DNA from: Octopus sinensis | Lineage: Eukaryota | Assembly: GCF_006345805.1 (NCBI RefSeq) | Contig: NC_042999.1 | Span: forward strand, 170,376,001-170,440,000 | Reading direction: 5' to 3' | Length of the DNA: 64,000 nucleotides | Shown: piece after piece, positions 39,543 through 52,672 of the stretch | Position numbering within the stretch: the first letter of the stretch is position 1 | Layout of the letters: each line of letters begins with the position of its first letter | Translations under genes and position numbers: made by a program | Notes under the pieces: generated by a model | What the model was told of the DNA's origin: nothing | Seen by the model: only the letters and a program-made list of their open reading frames with translations | Databases searched by the model: none

Positions 39543-40447
39543 GTATCATTGATTTTCTAGAACGTGCTGTAAATTCGAATTTTGGTTTATTTATAATATT
39601 AAACTGCAAGGTTTGTTAAAAAAAGTCAACGTCTTATTTATTTATTTAAAGTGTTCAAAGCTGGTAAGCTATGCCAGACTGAAAAGGGTATATAATGCCC
39701 TTATATGAATGAAGAAACAAAATCAACACCTGAACTATAGTTCAAAAAAGTATAAATGTGTGTGTGTGCCCGTGTTTTAAGAATAGTTAAATGTTTCTGT
39801 TAAATATTTTGGCAGCCTCCATGAATTGTGGAAGTGGGTGCGCGTGGTTTATGTTGCATTTCTGTACAAGTATTATACTTATATTATAATGGAGAAAACT
39901 GTTTATTAATTAGGTATGTAACAATTATTAAATCTATATTAAAATGGAGAAAGCTGCTGCTAATTAATTAGGTATGTAACAGTTGCTAAAAGAAAGCAAT
40001 TATTAAAGGCTTGGCGGTCTGGAAATTTTTTTATAAATTCAAGTTCCAAGAAATTTCCTGTAATATCGATTTCTGAAGTTTACTGAATTTTTGAACTTCA
40101 ATTTTTCACAAATTTAGATATTCTTTGCATTCACAGCGCAATATTTCCGTTTTCATTTGCAAAATCTCCCCCTCTCTATTTCAATTTTTAATTTGCTATT
40201 TGCAAAACCCATGGTTTATTCTGCCAGCAAATCTACCCATCTACGATGGAGGCATAAAATGAGGGTGGGGAGTTATAACAGCAGTATGTATTGAGAAATG
40301 TGTAAATGGACTTTGATAGATTGCTGGGTGATGTCTTCGAGAAATCACATTGTCGTTGGTGATACAGCAGTCTATGACGTCTTTGTGACTAAGTGCCATG
40401 TGATATGATTCTCTCCGAAACTGAAACAGGCTCCCAGCCTCTGTATC

Positions 40448-41706
40448 ATGAATGGTTATGTGGACCACTCCTAATGAAAGCCAGAGTTTCCTTCGCCCGC
40501 TAAACAAAAGTGTTAAGAAAAAACGTTATTTAGATATACTTTCATTTTAGTTGTTTACACTATTTTACGCTTGTTTATACTCTTACACATTCAAAGTTCA
40601 CAAATTTCCTTATTTAAATTATGAATGATATTCCTTTCTATAATATCAATACGATTAAAAAACTTCCTTGTAGACGATATTTTCTGTTTGGTGGACACTA
40701 ATTTTCAAATTACTGGAGTATATCTGGACGTGTGTAAACATCGGAGCGGGTAAAAATACACCTACACGATTTAAAGTCTGGTCCTGTGCCTTGTTTGCTG
40801 TGAATGCGCGGGCGGATTCTTTAGGGTTGCAAAGAATCAAACTAAGACTTACCTTTCACTGTTCTATGCGAATAATGTTTGGCTGTTTTGGTACCATGGG
40901 TTATTTTTTTGACAAATCTGAGATGATATAAACAACAGGCGCTTCGAACCCTGCCGTTTTGAACCCTGCCCAAGACTGATGCACTTCAATAATCACTAAA
41001 TAATCACACACACTATATACCCTCACACACTTTTACCATTTTATTTTCGCTATTAACCATCCTCACGACTCCCTTCGTATCTACGATGGGACCACAAGCT
41101 ATATGAGGAAAATCAGAGTTCCTCGTGGTCGGTGAATTTTTAATAAAAATTTTTAATTATCAATTCAAAAACCGATATCCACGAAATAATCCTACTTTAT
41201 GATTTTTGAATGCTAAAAACCTTCCTGACGACCGTCTTTGTAATCCCGAAAAATATCGTAACCATTGGTCCAGCTGTCTGGCCATGAAGAGGGAACAGAC
41301 AGAAAGACAGATGGACATAACACCTATTATAGTAAGATAGCAAATCTGCCCATCTACGAAGGGAAATTGAGGTACAGTATCGCAAATCTAGACCCCTCTA
41401 AATTCATGAACTACACTGGGGTGGGGCAATCCAAAGTTAATCCTCGTTCCTGGAATTTTAGCCCCCAAAATCAAAGCTGATTTATTAATACAAAACTCAA
41501 TATCCACAAATTAATCAGACTTTTTGCATTTTTATTTTTGCTAAAATCCTTCCTGGTTACCTCCTTCATAATCCCCGAAAAACATCGTGAGCATTGGTCC
41601 AGCTGTTTTGACCGTGAAGAAGGAAACAGACAGACAGACAGACGAACGCCCATTATGGTAGGATTATGAAATCGAGTCTCCCGAATGTGAACAAAAGTAT
41701 ACTGGA

Positions 41707-41745
<39 letters not shown>

Positions 41746-42140
41746 AGTGTGTGTGTGTGTATGAGTGTGTTTCTGCATTTATTAAATGAATTTTTTTTTA
41801 ATATACCGGTATAAATAGGTGATTTTGTTGTTATAGCTGTTTGGAACGCTACACACGTCCAGATATACTCCAGTAATTTGAAAATTAGTGTCCACCAAAC
41901 AGAAAATATCGTCTACAAGGAAGTTTTTTAATCGTATTGATATTATAGAAAGGAATATCATTCCTAATTTAAATAAGGATATTTGTGAACTTTGAATGCG
42001 TAAGAGTATAAACAAGCGTAAAATAGTGTAAACAACTAAAATGAAAGTATATCTAAATAACGTTTTTTTCTTAATACTTTTTACGTAGTGGTCGAAGGAA
42101 ACTCTGGTTTTCGTTAGGAGTGGTCCACATAACCATTCAT
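40448..42140. repeat. About 290-bp inverted repeats (40448-40736, 41850-42140) enclosing a 1.1-kb spacer with two small Helitron-like (GACA) units
   Basis: Arms match as reverse complements with few differences; similar inner units at about 41190-41345 and 41480-41670. Confidence 0.85.
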
Positions 42141-42409
42141 ATGTATATGAGTATATATATGTATGCATGTGTGTACGTTTGTAAGTATGTATTCTTCATA
42201 TTCATGTGTTTGTGTGTATATATTTGTGTGTGTGTGTGTACAAATACACACACACACAAACATGACTATGCAGAATACATACATACAAATGCACACACAC
42301 ATACATATAATCATACAAACACACGTGCATACATACACACACATTCATACATGCATGCGTACATACATACATACAAACATGTATATACACATGCACGTGG
42401 AGCTTAACT

Positions 42410-44140
42410 TGCTCGGCATTATCTGGAATTACAACCGTGTTTCGTGGTCTGCTCCCACAACAGCTCCTTTATAGGATTCAGTTTGCGCAGGACATCATCA
42501 GGAGGAACCACGTCCGGTTTCGGCCCCTACTCCTCTGCCATTTTGACGTGGCGGGGCCCTCCCTTTTGGAGGTGTCTTCAGCTCTGGTGTCGGGTGCATG
42601 TCTTCTATCTTCTGTTCCCTGGCCTCTTCGATGTATCGTCAGCGAGTGTCAGCCGGTGACTGACTGACTTGTCAAATTTTTCCCTTTAAATACCTGCCGC
42701 CAGGCTCCAGCAGGCAGCCCCAGCAAGTTGTCACGTGACATTGTCTCACCTTAACTGACTAGTGAAGGCGCGTAGTTTTAGCCCTCGCATTCTCTAAACG
42801 ACCGTCACCTGTCAGTCAGCGAAGCTGATTCAGTGTCAGCTTGTGTCACCTAATGATGTTATTTCCCGCCGGCGTCAAGCCATGGTCGGTCTTCCCGCTT
42901 CAGCCATATATAGAAGCTGGCTTTTTCAACCGCCTTCTGTACTCTCCTTAGTTTTCGCAGCTCGGAGCTAGAAAAATAAATCACTGCCAGGTGATAATAT
43001 TCGACATTCCATCCCTGTTCTCTACATTCTTCGATTAGCTTTTCATACCTCTTCTCCTTTCGTTCCTCTACATTGCCGATGTTCTCTTCCCAAGGTACTG
43101 TCAGTTCTAGTAAAATTCCCATTTTCCGGTCCCTGTTCCATAGGACTAAATCCGGTCTTCTTGTTGTTTTTATTAGTGGAAATATTACTTGTCTTTCTAA
43201 GTCCGTGGTCACCTCCCAGTATCCCTTCCATCTTTCGTCTATCTCGTATACTTTACTTGAAGGCCTGGTTTTATAACCTTTTCCCTCCTTGTGGAAGTAT
43301 ACTTTCCTGTGCTTTTCTACTCTTGGGTACTCTCCCCTATTGTACCTCTCGATCTTCTCCTTGAGTGCTGCACTTATGACGCCGGAAACTTGATTATGCC
43401 GCCATGTATATCTTTCTAATGCTAGTCTGCAACTTGACAGAACATGTCTAACCGTCGCTTTCTCTCCGCATCTACACTCATCGGTTGTTTTTATGTTCTA
43501 CCGGACTAAGTTCGCCGGTGAGGGTAGAACGTCGAAGGTAGACTTGATCAGGAAGGATGTTCTTGCTTGTTCCCAAGCCCAAAGTTCCTTCCATGATATT
43601 CTGCGGTTGATCACATATTCCTCTCATCTCAGGCACTGTCCCTGTTGACTGCATTGCACCAAATGTACATTTTGCCTTTCTTCTTCCTCCTTTCTCACTT
43701 CGTATACCACTGCCTCTTTCATCTCTTTTATACTGCTCTTGCAAATTGGCCTGAAATTGTACGACCCTAGGCTGGCTGTTGCTTCTTGCATCACTCTGAC
43801 TAAATCTACATGCCTTAGTTTTCCAATCGCCCTGTTTACTGCCTCTTCCGCCTTCCATTTCCTCCCTGTTCGTACCTTTAAGGGGTTTTCCCGGATGCCA
43901 TGATCTTTTGAATACCTTAGCATCATTACTGTCCTTGCCTTTCCTGCCTTATATTCTTCGGCGATTGATGTTATTGGTAGTTGCAGCACGGGTTTTCCAT
44001 ATAGTGCAGTTGTATTCAGTGGTTTCGGCAGACCAAACCATTTTCTGATAAACACACTGCATCTTTGTTCCATCCTTTCTACTCTACTCGAGGCTATTTC
44101 GTACATTTCCAATGGCCACATTATTCTTGGGTCTTATTGA
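42410..44140 (-). mobile_element. 5'-truncated restriction-endonuclease non-LTR retrotransposon (HERO-like)
   Basis: PRIMWPLEMYEI...FIRKWFGLP; TGRKWKAEEAV; CCHC CRCGEKATVRHVLSSC...YTWRHNQV; RLE RPDLVLW...LLELTVPWEE...ERKEKRYEKL; about 450-bp 3'UTR. Clade assignment is by motif recall. Confidence 0.8.
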
Positions 44141-44202
44141 CACCATTGGCTCTCATAACCTCTCCCTCTCTCTCTCCATCTCTCTCTCTCTTTCTCTCTC
44201 TG

Positions 44203-44353
<151 letters not shown>

Positions 44354-44656
44354 AATAAATGCGCCCTTTTAAAGCCTAGCCAGGCTCCCGGTTTCAATGG
44401 CGTATGTGTTCCCCAGCTGGAAGGGACGCCAGTCCATTGCAGCGTTACTCGTTTTTGCCAGCTGAGTGGACTGGAGCAACGGGAAATGAAGTGTTTTGCT
44501 CAAGAACACAACGCGTCGCCCGGTCCAGGAATCGAAACCACAATCTTATGATCATGGTGCTGACACCCTAACCACTAAGCCACGCACCTCTACACACACA
44601 CACACACACACATACATATACATATATATATATGTGTGTGTATATATATATATGTG

Positions 44657-44691
<35 letters not shown>

Positions 44692-44844
44692 GACGGGCTT
44701 CTTTCAGTTTCCGTTTACCAAATCCACTTAGTTTTGATTGGCCCAAAGCTATAGGGGAAGACACCTGCCGGAAGTGCCGCGCAGTGGGACTGACCCGGAG
44801 TTATGCGACTGGGAAGCAAGCTTCTTACCACAAGCCTGCGCCTC

Positions 44845-44931
44845 TGTGTGTGTTGTGTGTGTGTGTGCGTGTGTGTGTATGTGTGTGTGTGTGTGCGTGC
44901 GTGTGTGTGTATGTGTGCGTGTGTATGTGTG

Positions 44932-44973
<42 letters not shown>

Positions 44974-45255
44974 TGTCTGTGCGTGCGTGTGTGTGCGTGT
45001 GTGTGCGTGTGTGTGTATGTGTGTGTGTGTGTGTGTGTGTATGTGTGTGTGTGTGTGCGTGCGTGTGTGTGTGTGTGCGTGCGTGTGTGTGTGTGTGTAT
45101 GTGTGTGTGCGTGCGTGTGTGTGCGTGTGTGTGTGTGTATGTGTGTGTGTGTATGTGTGTGTGTGTGCGTGCGTGTGTGTGCGTGTGTGTGCGTGTGTGT
45201 GTATGTGTATGTGTGTGTGTGTGTGTGCGTGTGTGTGTGTGAGTGTGTGCTGTGT
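44845..45255. repeat. (GT)/(GCGT) compound microsatellite
   Basis: Direct reading. Confidence 0.95.
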
Positions 45256-46395
45256 ATGATGTTCGGTTACAGGAGTCGTTAGAATCTAGGTATTTCAACG
45301 TGTAGGATACCAGGAAAGGCGATGTACTGGGCTGTAAGCCCAGTACATCGCCTTTTTGATCTCTGAAGTATTTCATGTTGCTCTTTAATCATTTCATCAT
45401 CTGACATGTGGCAACCAGTTGTACCTGTACAGGTAATGTCGATTGACGGAAGGAGTGAGCTGATGTCTAAACAAACATTTGATCACTATAAACAAATCAT
45501 CTGTGTGGTTGTTGGACAAGAAATTGACGAACCCTCATATGTCGTCTAATGACGGGAGAGTCCAGCATATGCGTCTATGTATATGTGAGTGTGTGTGTGT
45601 ATATATATATATATTGAGACCCCCTTCGGCCACGACTGACCATGGGATTGCACCTAGAAAGTTACCCTCCGAGGTACAAGTCCGAGCAAGGTTGTTTATA
45701 GAAAACCAGCAGTCGCCCATGCATACCGGCCTCCCATCTTCATGCCACCAGTGTCATCCAAAGGAAAAGCAACACCCGATACAGCTTGGCACCTGTGACG
45801 TCGCAACTCATTTCTACATCTGAGTGAACTGGAGCAACGTGAAATAAAGTGTCTTGCTCAAGAACACAATACGCAGCCCAGTCCGAGATTCGAACTCACA
45901 ACCTCACGATCGTAAGCTCGACGCTCTAACCACTGAGCCATGCGCCCTCACTTGTATATATATATTTCGTTTTGGGATTTGGTTTGCAAGATTCATTATG
46001 TGAGTTCGTGTGTTGAAGCATATTCTGTTGTATCTGGGGAGAGTCATTCTCTTTTGGTGCCTTATAATTTAACACACTCACCGGTAAAATTTCCACTTAT
46101 TTCCTTCTTTATTTTTCTAAAATTTTCGAAAACAAACATGGAGGGTCGTTAGACCAGAACGAGAGGAAAATAGTGAACGCTGGGAGAAACATTTTTTTGA
46201 AAAGAGAAACGATAGAAGAGAGAAAAAAACACGACCGCTCTTTTGAACGTCCGTTGCAGGAAAAGAAAGATGGTCAAGTGAGGAAAAGAAAGATGGACGA
46301 TGGTTACTTGTGAGCAACAAGAGAGAAAGAAAAACAGAAAGATGTGAGGGAGAGCACTGTCTTAAGGCATGGGGATCCCAAATCTGACTTACATA

Positions 46396-47655
46396 CGAGG
46401 GACGTTCAATAAGTAATGCTTCTGACCCACTTGTAGTTGTTTGATCTAGCTGAAATTTTGCATGTGCAATTATTTATATATCTATAGATTAAGTGGCAAA
46501 TTACAGGTGTTTGAACTGAGTCAAGTGTGAAATGGAACTTGCTGAGTGTCGAGCAGTGATCCGGCTTTTGTATTTGAAAGGACGCACACCACGGGAGACT
46601 TTTGATGAAATGGAAGTAACTTATGGTGATGATGCCCCATCATATGACCTTGTAAAACGCTGGCATCGTGAATTCAAACATGGTCGGAACTCTGAAGAAA
46701 CAGCTCCCAGATCTGGTCGCCCCCTTCTGCCATTGATGAGGCATCTGTCCGTCAAGTTGAGGCTGCCATTTTGGAAGATCGACGCATAACTATTCACCAA
46801 ATAGCCCATGAGGTCAAGATTAGTACCGGGTCTGTGGAAACTATCATTCATGACCATTTGCATATGCAAAAGGTGTCTGCCAGATGGATTCCCAGGTTGC
46901 TCACACCTTTCCAGAAGCAAGAACGCGTCGAGTGCTCGAGGATGAATTTGGAGATGTGCCAAGAAGATGAGTCAAAATGTTTCAAAAGACTGATTACTCA
47001 GGATGAAACCTGGGTCCATCACTATGATCCAGAGACCAAAGCCCAGTCAATGCAGTGGAAGCACCGTGACTCACCTCCTCCAAAGAAGGCAAGGGTGCAG
47101 CCCTCCGCTGGCAAGGTCATGCTCACAGTCTTCTGGGACCAGGACGGAGTAGTGATGACAGATTTCCTGGCAAAGGGTACCACAATTACAGGAGCCTATT
47201 ATGCTTCACTTTTGAGGAAATTAAGAGAAGCTATCAAAATCAAGAGGCGGGGCAAGATCAGCAAAGGCATCCTCCTCCTGCAGGACAACGCTCCGGTCCA
47301 CAACTCGCTTGTTGCCAGATCAGAAGCACAAGCGTATGGCTATGAACTCCTCCCCATCCCCCCTACTTTCCTGACCTTGCACCCTCTGATTTTCCCCTCT
47401 TCCCAATCATGAAGTTGTTTTTGAAAGGAAAGCGTTTCCCAGATGATGCAGCCTTGATTTCTGAAGTCACGTTGAGGTTGGAGGACCAAGCTGGGGTCTT
47501 CTACAAAAATGGTCTCCAGAGCCGCATCAAACGATGGGAGAAATGCGTAACTCTGGGTGGTTCCTATGTAGAAAAAGACTAATAACTGTGCCAAGTTTCG
47601 TTGCTCCACTGCTATGGGAAGTGGGTCAGGGGCATTACTTATTGAACGCCCCTCG
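46396..47655 (+). mobile_element. Full-length mariner (D,D34D) transposon, irritans-like; transposase 46532-47582 with 2 frameshifts
   Basis: 37-bp TIRs CGAGGG(A/G)CGTTCAATAAGTAATGC.. with TA duplication; WIPRLL, TQDETW, QDNAPVH and PY.PDLAPSDF motifs. Confidence 0.92.
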
Positions 47656-49041
47656 TATGTTGTAGCTTGCTGTCAATAAATGAATACAGTAGGCCGGAGG
47701 GGGGGGGGGCTCTAACGCTGCTTCGACGTCCCTGATCCCCACATTTGTATAAGTTTGTGCTGAACTATTGCTGGATCAATACTGGAATAACTACATTATT
47801 CTCATCCCTTCGTTCAAAACCTATTCAAATATACACCCAGCCCCGCACAGTATGAACTCCTACACATTTATGATAAACAACCATGTTTCTCAATGTCTAT
47901 ATGCCACCATGCTTGCCTGTATGTGTGTGTGTGTGTGTCTATCCATATATGTGTATGTGTATATTTATGTATGTGTATATAATTGAATGTGAATTGTGTA
48001 TGTTTGTCGATGAATATGAATGTGTGTATGTGTATGTGCATGCATGCGTGTGTGTGTGTGTGTATGAGAGAGTATGTTTGTGCGCAGAAGCGTGTGTAGA
48101 TGTGCATAGCTGTGTGTATGTGTGTGTGTGTGAAGGTAAAGGTAAACAGTTAACGATCTCATCTCAATATAACATTGATATTGATAACGTCAGCAGTCAC
48201 GTCAAAACTGGACAATCACACACACACACACACGGATACACAGACATACACCCACGCACACAAACACACACACAGCTATGCACATCTACACATGCTTCTG
48301 CACACTAACACACTCTCTCATACACACACTGATATCTACACAGGAACAAACACATACGCATGTACATTCACACATCTGAAAACACCTACACTCCAATGAA
48401 TACACATATATGTACACAAGCTCACAAGCACACACGCACACACACACACACGCACACACAATTATATTCATGAAAACACACAAGCAAGTATATAAACGCC
48501 CACACACGGATACAAGGATTTGCGCATAAACAAACATATATAACCAAAAACAAACATAAACACATATATACACACAGAGAAGGAAACACACACACTCACA
48601 TATAAACACACAAACATGTAAATGCGCGCACACACACACACATATATAAACGCCTACACGACACACATATACATGCACATCTACACGTAAATATGTTTGT
48701 GATAAAAAAAGGCAAAAAAAAGCAGTAAGATGAAATTAAAAATGATCCTCTGTCGATTTCGACAATGACTAATTCAGTTGTTCGATAAGTGGTTGAGTGT
48801 TCCACAGATGTGTGTCTCCCCCACCTTGGCAGAACCCATGTAACATTCATTGTGTTAATCCTTTGAACTGCATATCGTCGTTAGTAAATCACAGCAGAGT
48901 CGCGGACGATTGTCGGCCAGACTTGACTTTTTGGGGACTCGGATGTGACTAAGAAGACACAAAATCGAATGCAGAGATGATCGTCGGCGCCTTGGAGATA
49001 TTAAGAATAAAATCCTATTAAGATTTCTTTCTTTTTATTTA

Positions 49042-49432
49042 TAACTAGCAGTATCGCCCGGCATTGCTCGGGTTTGTTTCGACCCTTTAGAATTGGAATT
49101 TTTGTAAAGTAAAAATTCTGCATTATGTAGCTTATTATTCTCTTTAAGTGAACAGTTTTCTGGTTGAAATACATCGAAAAATGGTGACACAGCAGTGAAA
49201 AGATCGTAAAAAATAGGGATTTTCATAGAAAAAAGCACCCTATTTATGTAAATAATTTTTGGTGTTAACATGGTCCGATTTGAATTTTTTCTTCTACGGA
49301 AGAAAGAGCAAGCCTTCTTTTATTATACTCTTAATTTTGGTCTCGGAGGAGATAGTGGTCTCGGAGGAGATAGTGTTAGTTGAAGACTACCAAACCTGCC
49401 ATACACAGACAACTTCAGCTTTATATATAGAT
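49042..49432 (+). mobile_element. Non-autonomous Helitron-like element
   Basis: Same 5' TAACTAGCAGTATC plus hairpin and 3' TTTATATATAGAT as 16643-17030. Confidence 0.55.
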
Positions 49433-50879
49433 TTTAGCCAATCAGATCAACCCATTCTTGATACACCGTCGCGATGTTAAGCAATGCACAATGTCTATTG
49501 TATTTTAGTTTTATTTTTCGAAACGCGAACTTACAACTTTCACAAATTGTTATTTTCATTTATCTATTTATTTATTTTAGAAAATAATAAAAAATTACAA
49601 AATCTTTGAGCATGAAAATATAAATGAAAACGAAAGAAAACAAATACACTTTTATTTGAATGCAAACGATCATGTCTGCATTCGATTTTGTGGCTTCTTA
49701 GTCACATACGAGTCCCCCCAAAATTTTGCCACGCACTGTCAACCTTAACTCTAATCCTAAACCCTAACCCTAATCCTAAAACTCTAATCCTAATTCTAAA
49801 CAACATCCCTAATATTAAATCCAACCCAACGATAGTATCCATTAGTTACTATGAGAACATATGCAAATAATAAAAAAGTGGATTTCTGTAAAACTGAGAA
49901 TAGGGGTTCTGATTGGCTAAAACTACAATTTCAGTCTTTTAAAGATTTTTTTCATTTTTCTCTAAAAAACCTCAAGCCTTGAGCTTCGAATGGAAAATAT
50001 CTCCCCCCCCCCTGTATTTGCAAAATCAAAAGAAAATAGTCACAGATGGGATGCTTTTGATCGTCGTTTTAACTTATCAGGGCTGACCAACACATAAATA
50101 AACAACTACTGCAACAGCAAGAATTGGGATAATTATGTATTTATCGGTATACTAACCCGGAAAAGAGGCGGGATGGTCATAATTAGAATGTATCAGATAA
50201 CAGGCGTGTTTGATCAGGGCTGACCTGAGAGTGTATAAAACAGACTGAAACACACACACACACCCACATGTATTACGCCTAGATCAAGGATCAGAGAACA
50301 TTTTAAACCAATTACCCCAAAATATATTTGCCTACGCCATCGTTACTCCCTTGATTTGAAAGGAAGAAAATCATAGATTCTTTGAATTCAAAAAGTCTAT
50401 TGAATCTATTTGGTATTATGTCTTCTAAACACGTCCATTACATTGGACAGATAAGTGTTGCCAGAAGAAAACATTCTGTCGTGACAAGGAACACGTTTTT
50501 TTTATATAATTTTACTTATGCCTAATGAGTCCCCATTACCCACAAGGATTCCATTTTTACCCCACTTGGAGTAATTTACCCCGGTTCGCCGACCCCTGGC
50601 CAATATACCACATTTTTCTTATTATACTGTATATATCGTTAAAAAAAACAAGAAAATAATGAATTTCTATTAGGGACGATTTCAAGTGGACTGGAAAACA
50701 TTTGCGAAGCTGATTTCAAAACTATCTCCAGCCTTTTTGCTGCACGTAGTGTGTGAGATGTGACCAATTATACATACATACATACATACATACATACATA
50801 CGTGTGTGTATACAGACACTCATACATGCACACACACACTCATACACTTACAAAATGGCTGACGGTTAGTAAGGAGAGA

Positions 50880-51067
50880 CACAAATAAAAAAGAAGAAAA
50901 CAAAGGACCACTGATGCGGTCACAGGAGTGTGACGAAAGAACTCTGGCCGAAATAAGATTAAGATTAATGTAAAAAATAAATAACACTGAAGCAAAATAA
51001 CACCAAATATATAGTGCGTGTGTTTTTATTGGCTAAACTGGCAATATGACCATTCCGAAATATAACA

Positions 51068-51070
<3 letters not shown>
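50880..51070 (+). mobile_element. Penelope-like terminal-repeat fragment with hammerhead-like motif (50905-50949)
   Basis: GGACCA-CUGAUGCG-GUCACA-GGAG-UGUGAC-GAAAGAACUC-UGGCC; same family as 59590-59896. Confidence 0.5.
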
Positions 51071-51140
<70 letters not shown>

Positions 51141-51154
51141 ATACATACATACTA

Positions 51155-51980
51155 CGAGGGGAAGTAAAAAATTATCCGCACTCTCCCCATGACATATCTT
51201 TATTATTGTCACACTACCTTCTGCGTATGGGTGCTTATAGTTGGTATTATTGTGGTCACGTGATCGACTTTTGGTCCTGATCGCGCCATTTTTCTTTCTG
51301 GCTTTACAGTAATGTGGACTAGTAATGTGCACCGATTTCTCTGGTCGGAAGGGTTGTCAGATGTTGAAATACATCGGAGGCTTTTAGCACAATACGGGGA
51401 CAGTCCACTACCGCGTAGAAGTGTGTATGAGTGGATTGAGAAGTTTATAAATTTCAAAGTTTCAAAATTTTTGGACTCAAAATTGGAAGACTACCTGGAA
51501 AATGGGTGTACGATCAGCAATGCAAGATACAGTTCTTTGCTGGCCAACAAACTGACACCAGCAATTCGCACAAAAACCCCGAAGCTTATTGTCGAAGGTT
51601 TTGTTGTTGCATGAAAATGCACGACCACACACAGCCTCTCAGACCGTTGAAACCATTAACCAACTGGGTTTTGAGGTACTGGAACACCCTGCCTACGGCC
51701 TAAAACTTGCCCCTTCCGACTATCATCTCTTTGAACCGTTCAAAGATGGTTTACGAGGTCATCGATTTCCTACGGATGAAGATGTGTTGGAGGCGGTACA
51801 TAAATGCTTGCACGACCAATCGAAAACCTTCTTCTTGGAGGGAATACGCTAGCTTGTAGACTGATGGACCAAGTGCATCGAAAAGAAAATATATAGAAAA
51901 ATGACGTCCTTATTTATCCCTTGCTTCTCTGTAAATACATTTAAAAAACAAAGGTGCGTATAATTTTTGACACTCCATCG
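51155..51980 (+). mobile_element. Internally deleted mariner
   Basis: Imperfect TIRs CGAGGGGAAGTAAAAAATTATCCGCAC / GTGCGTATAATTTTTGACACTCCATCG with TA flanks; HTH start, then LLHENARPH and HPAYGLKLAPSDYHLF. Confidence 0.85.
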
Positions 51981-52672
51981 TATACACACACACATATATA
52001 TATATACATACATGCATACATACACGCATATATATATATATATATATATATATGTACGCACATACATTCACACCCATACACACACAAACACCCCCCACAC
52101 ACACACACGTATTGTTTGTGTCTCGCTGCATGACTACCGGAATTGGTTTGTTTGTGTCCTGTAACAGCGCCCTTAGGGAGGTTAAGGAATCGATAAAATA
52201 AGTGGTAGATTCAAAAAGTTAGTGTTGACGACCATTTTAATTGCCTACAACGCTACGTGGCGGTGCCCCAGCATGACCGCACACCAGTTACTGATACCAG
52301 GAAACTGGGAAAACATAACTAATTCTCATATGTTGATGGTTCAGGATTTGTGTTTCACTGCGGAACATTGAGTAAAAAGCTTCCGTTTTCGGAGAGAGGA
52401 TGGGTAGCCGCGAATTATACAAATAGGAAATAAATAGTTTGTCTAATCTGGATAGCTCGATTAAAAATTCTGAATGTTGAGTAAACCAACCGATTTAGCT
52501 GAATGTCAGAATATTTCCTGATTCAGAATTCTTATTTTTCGGAATTGCGAAAATTATTTGAAAAAAGAAAAAGAACAACAACAGCAACAACAACGGAAAA
52601 AGAAGAGATACAAAAACTTGGCAGTCCGTCGGTTACGACGAGGAGGTTCCAGTTGATCCGATCAACGGAACA

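Noticed and set aside
42485-42530. GAAAC...CUGAUGA on the minus strand in the HERO-like 3'UTR
   Set aside because: Only 4 nt are available for stem I and stem II pairs poorly; not a supportable ribozyme.
49741-49800. Telomere-like CCCTAA repeats
   Set aside because: Only a few degenerate units; such tracts are common inside small transposons.
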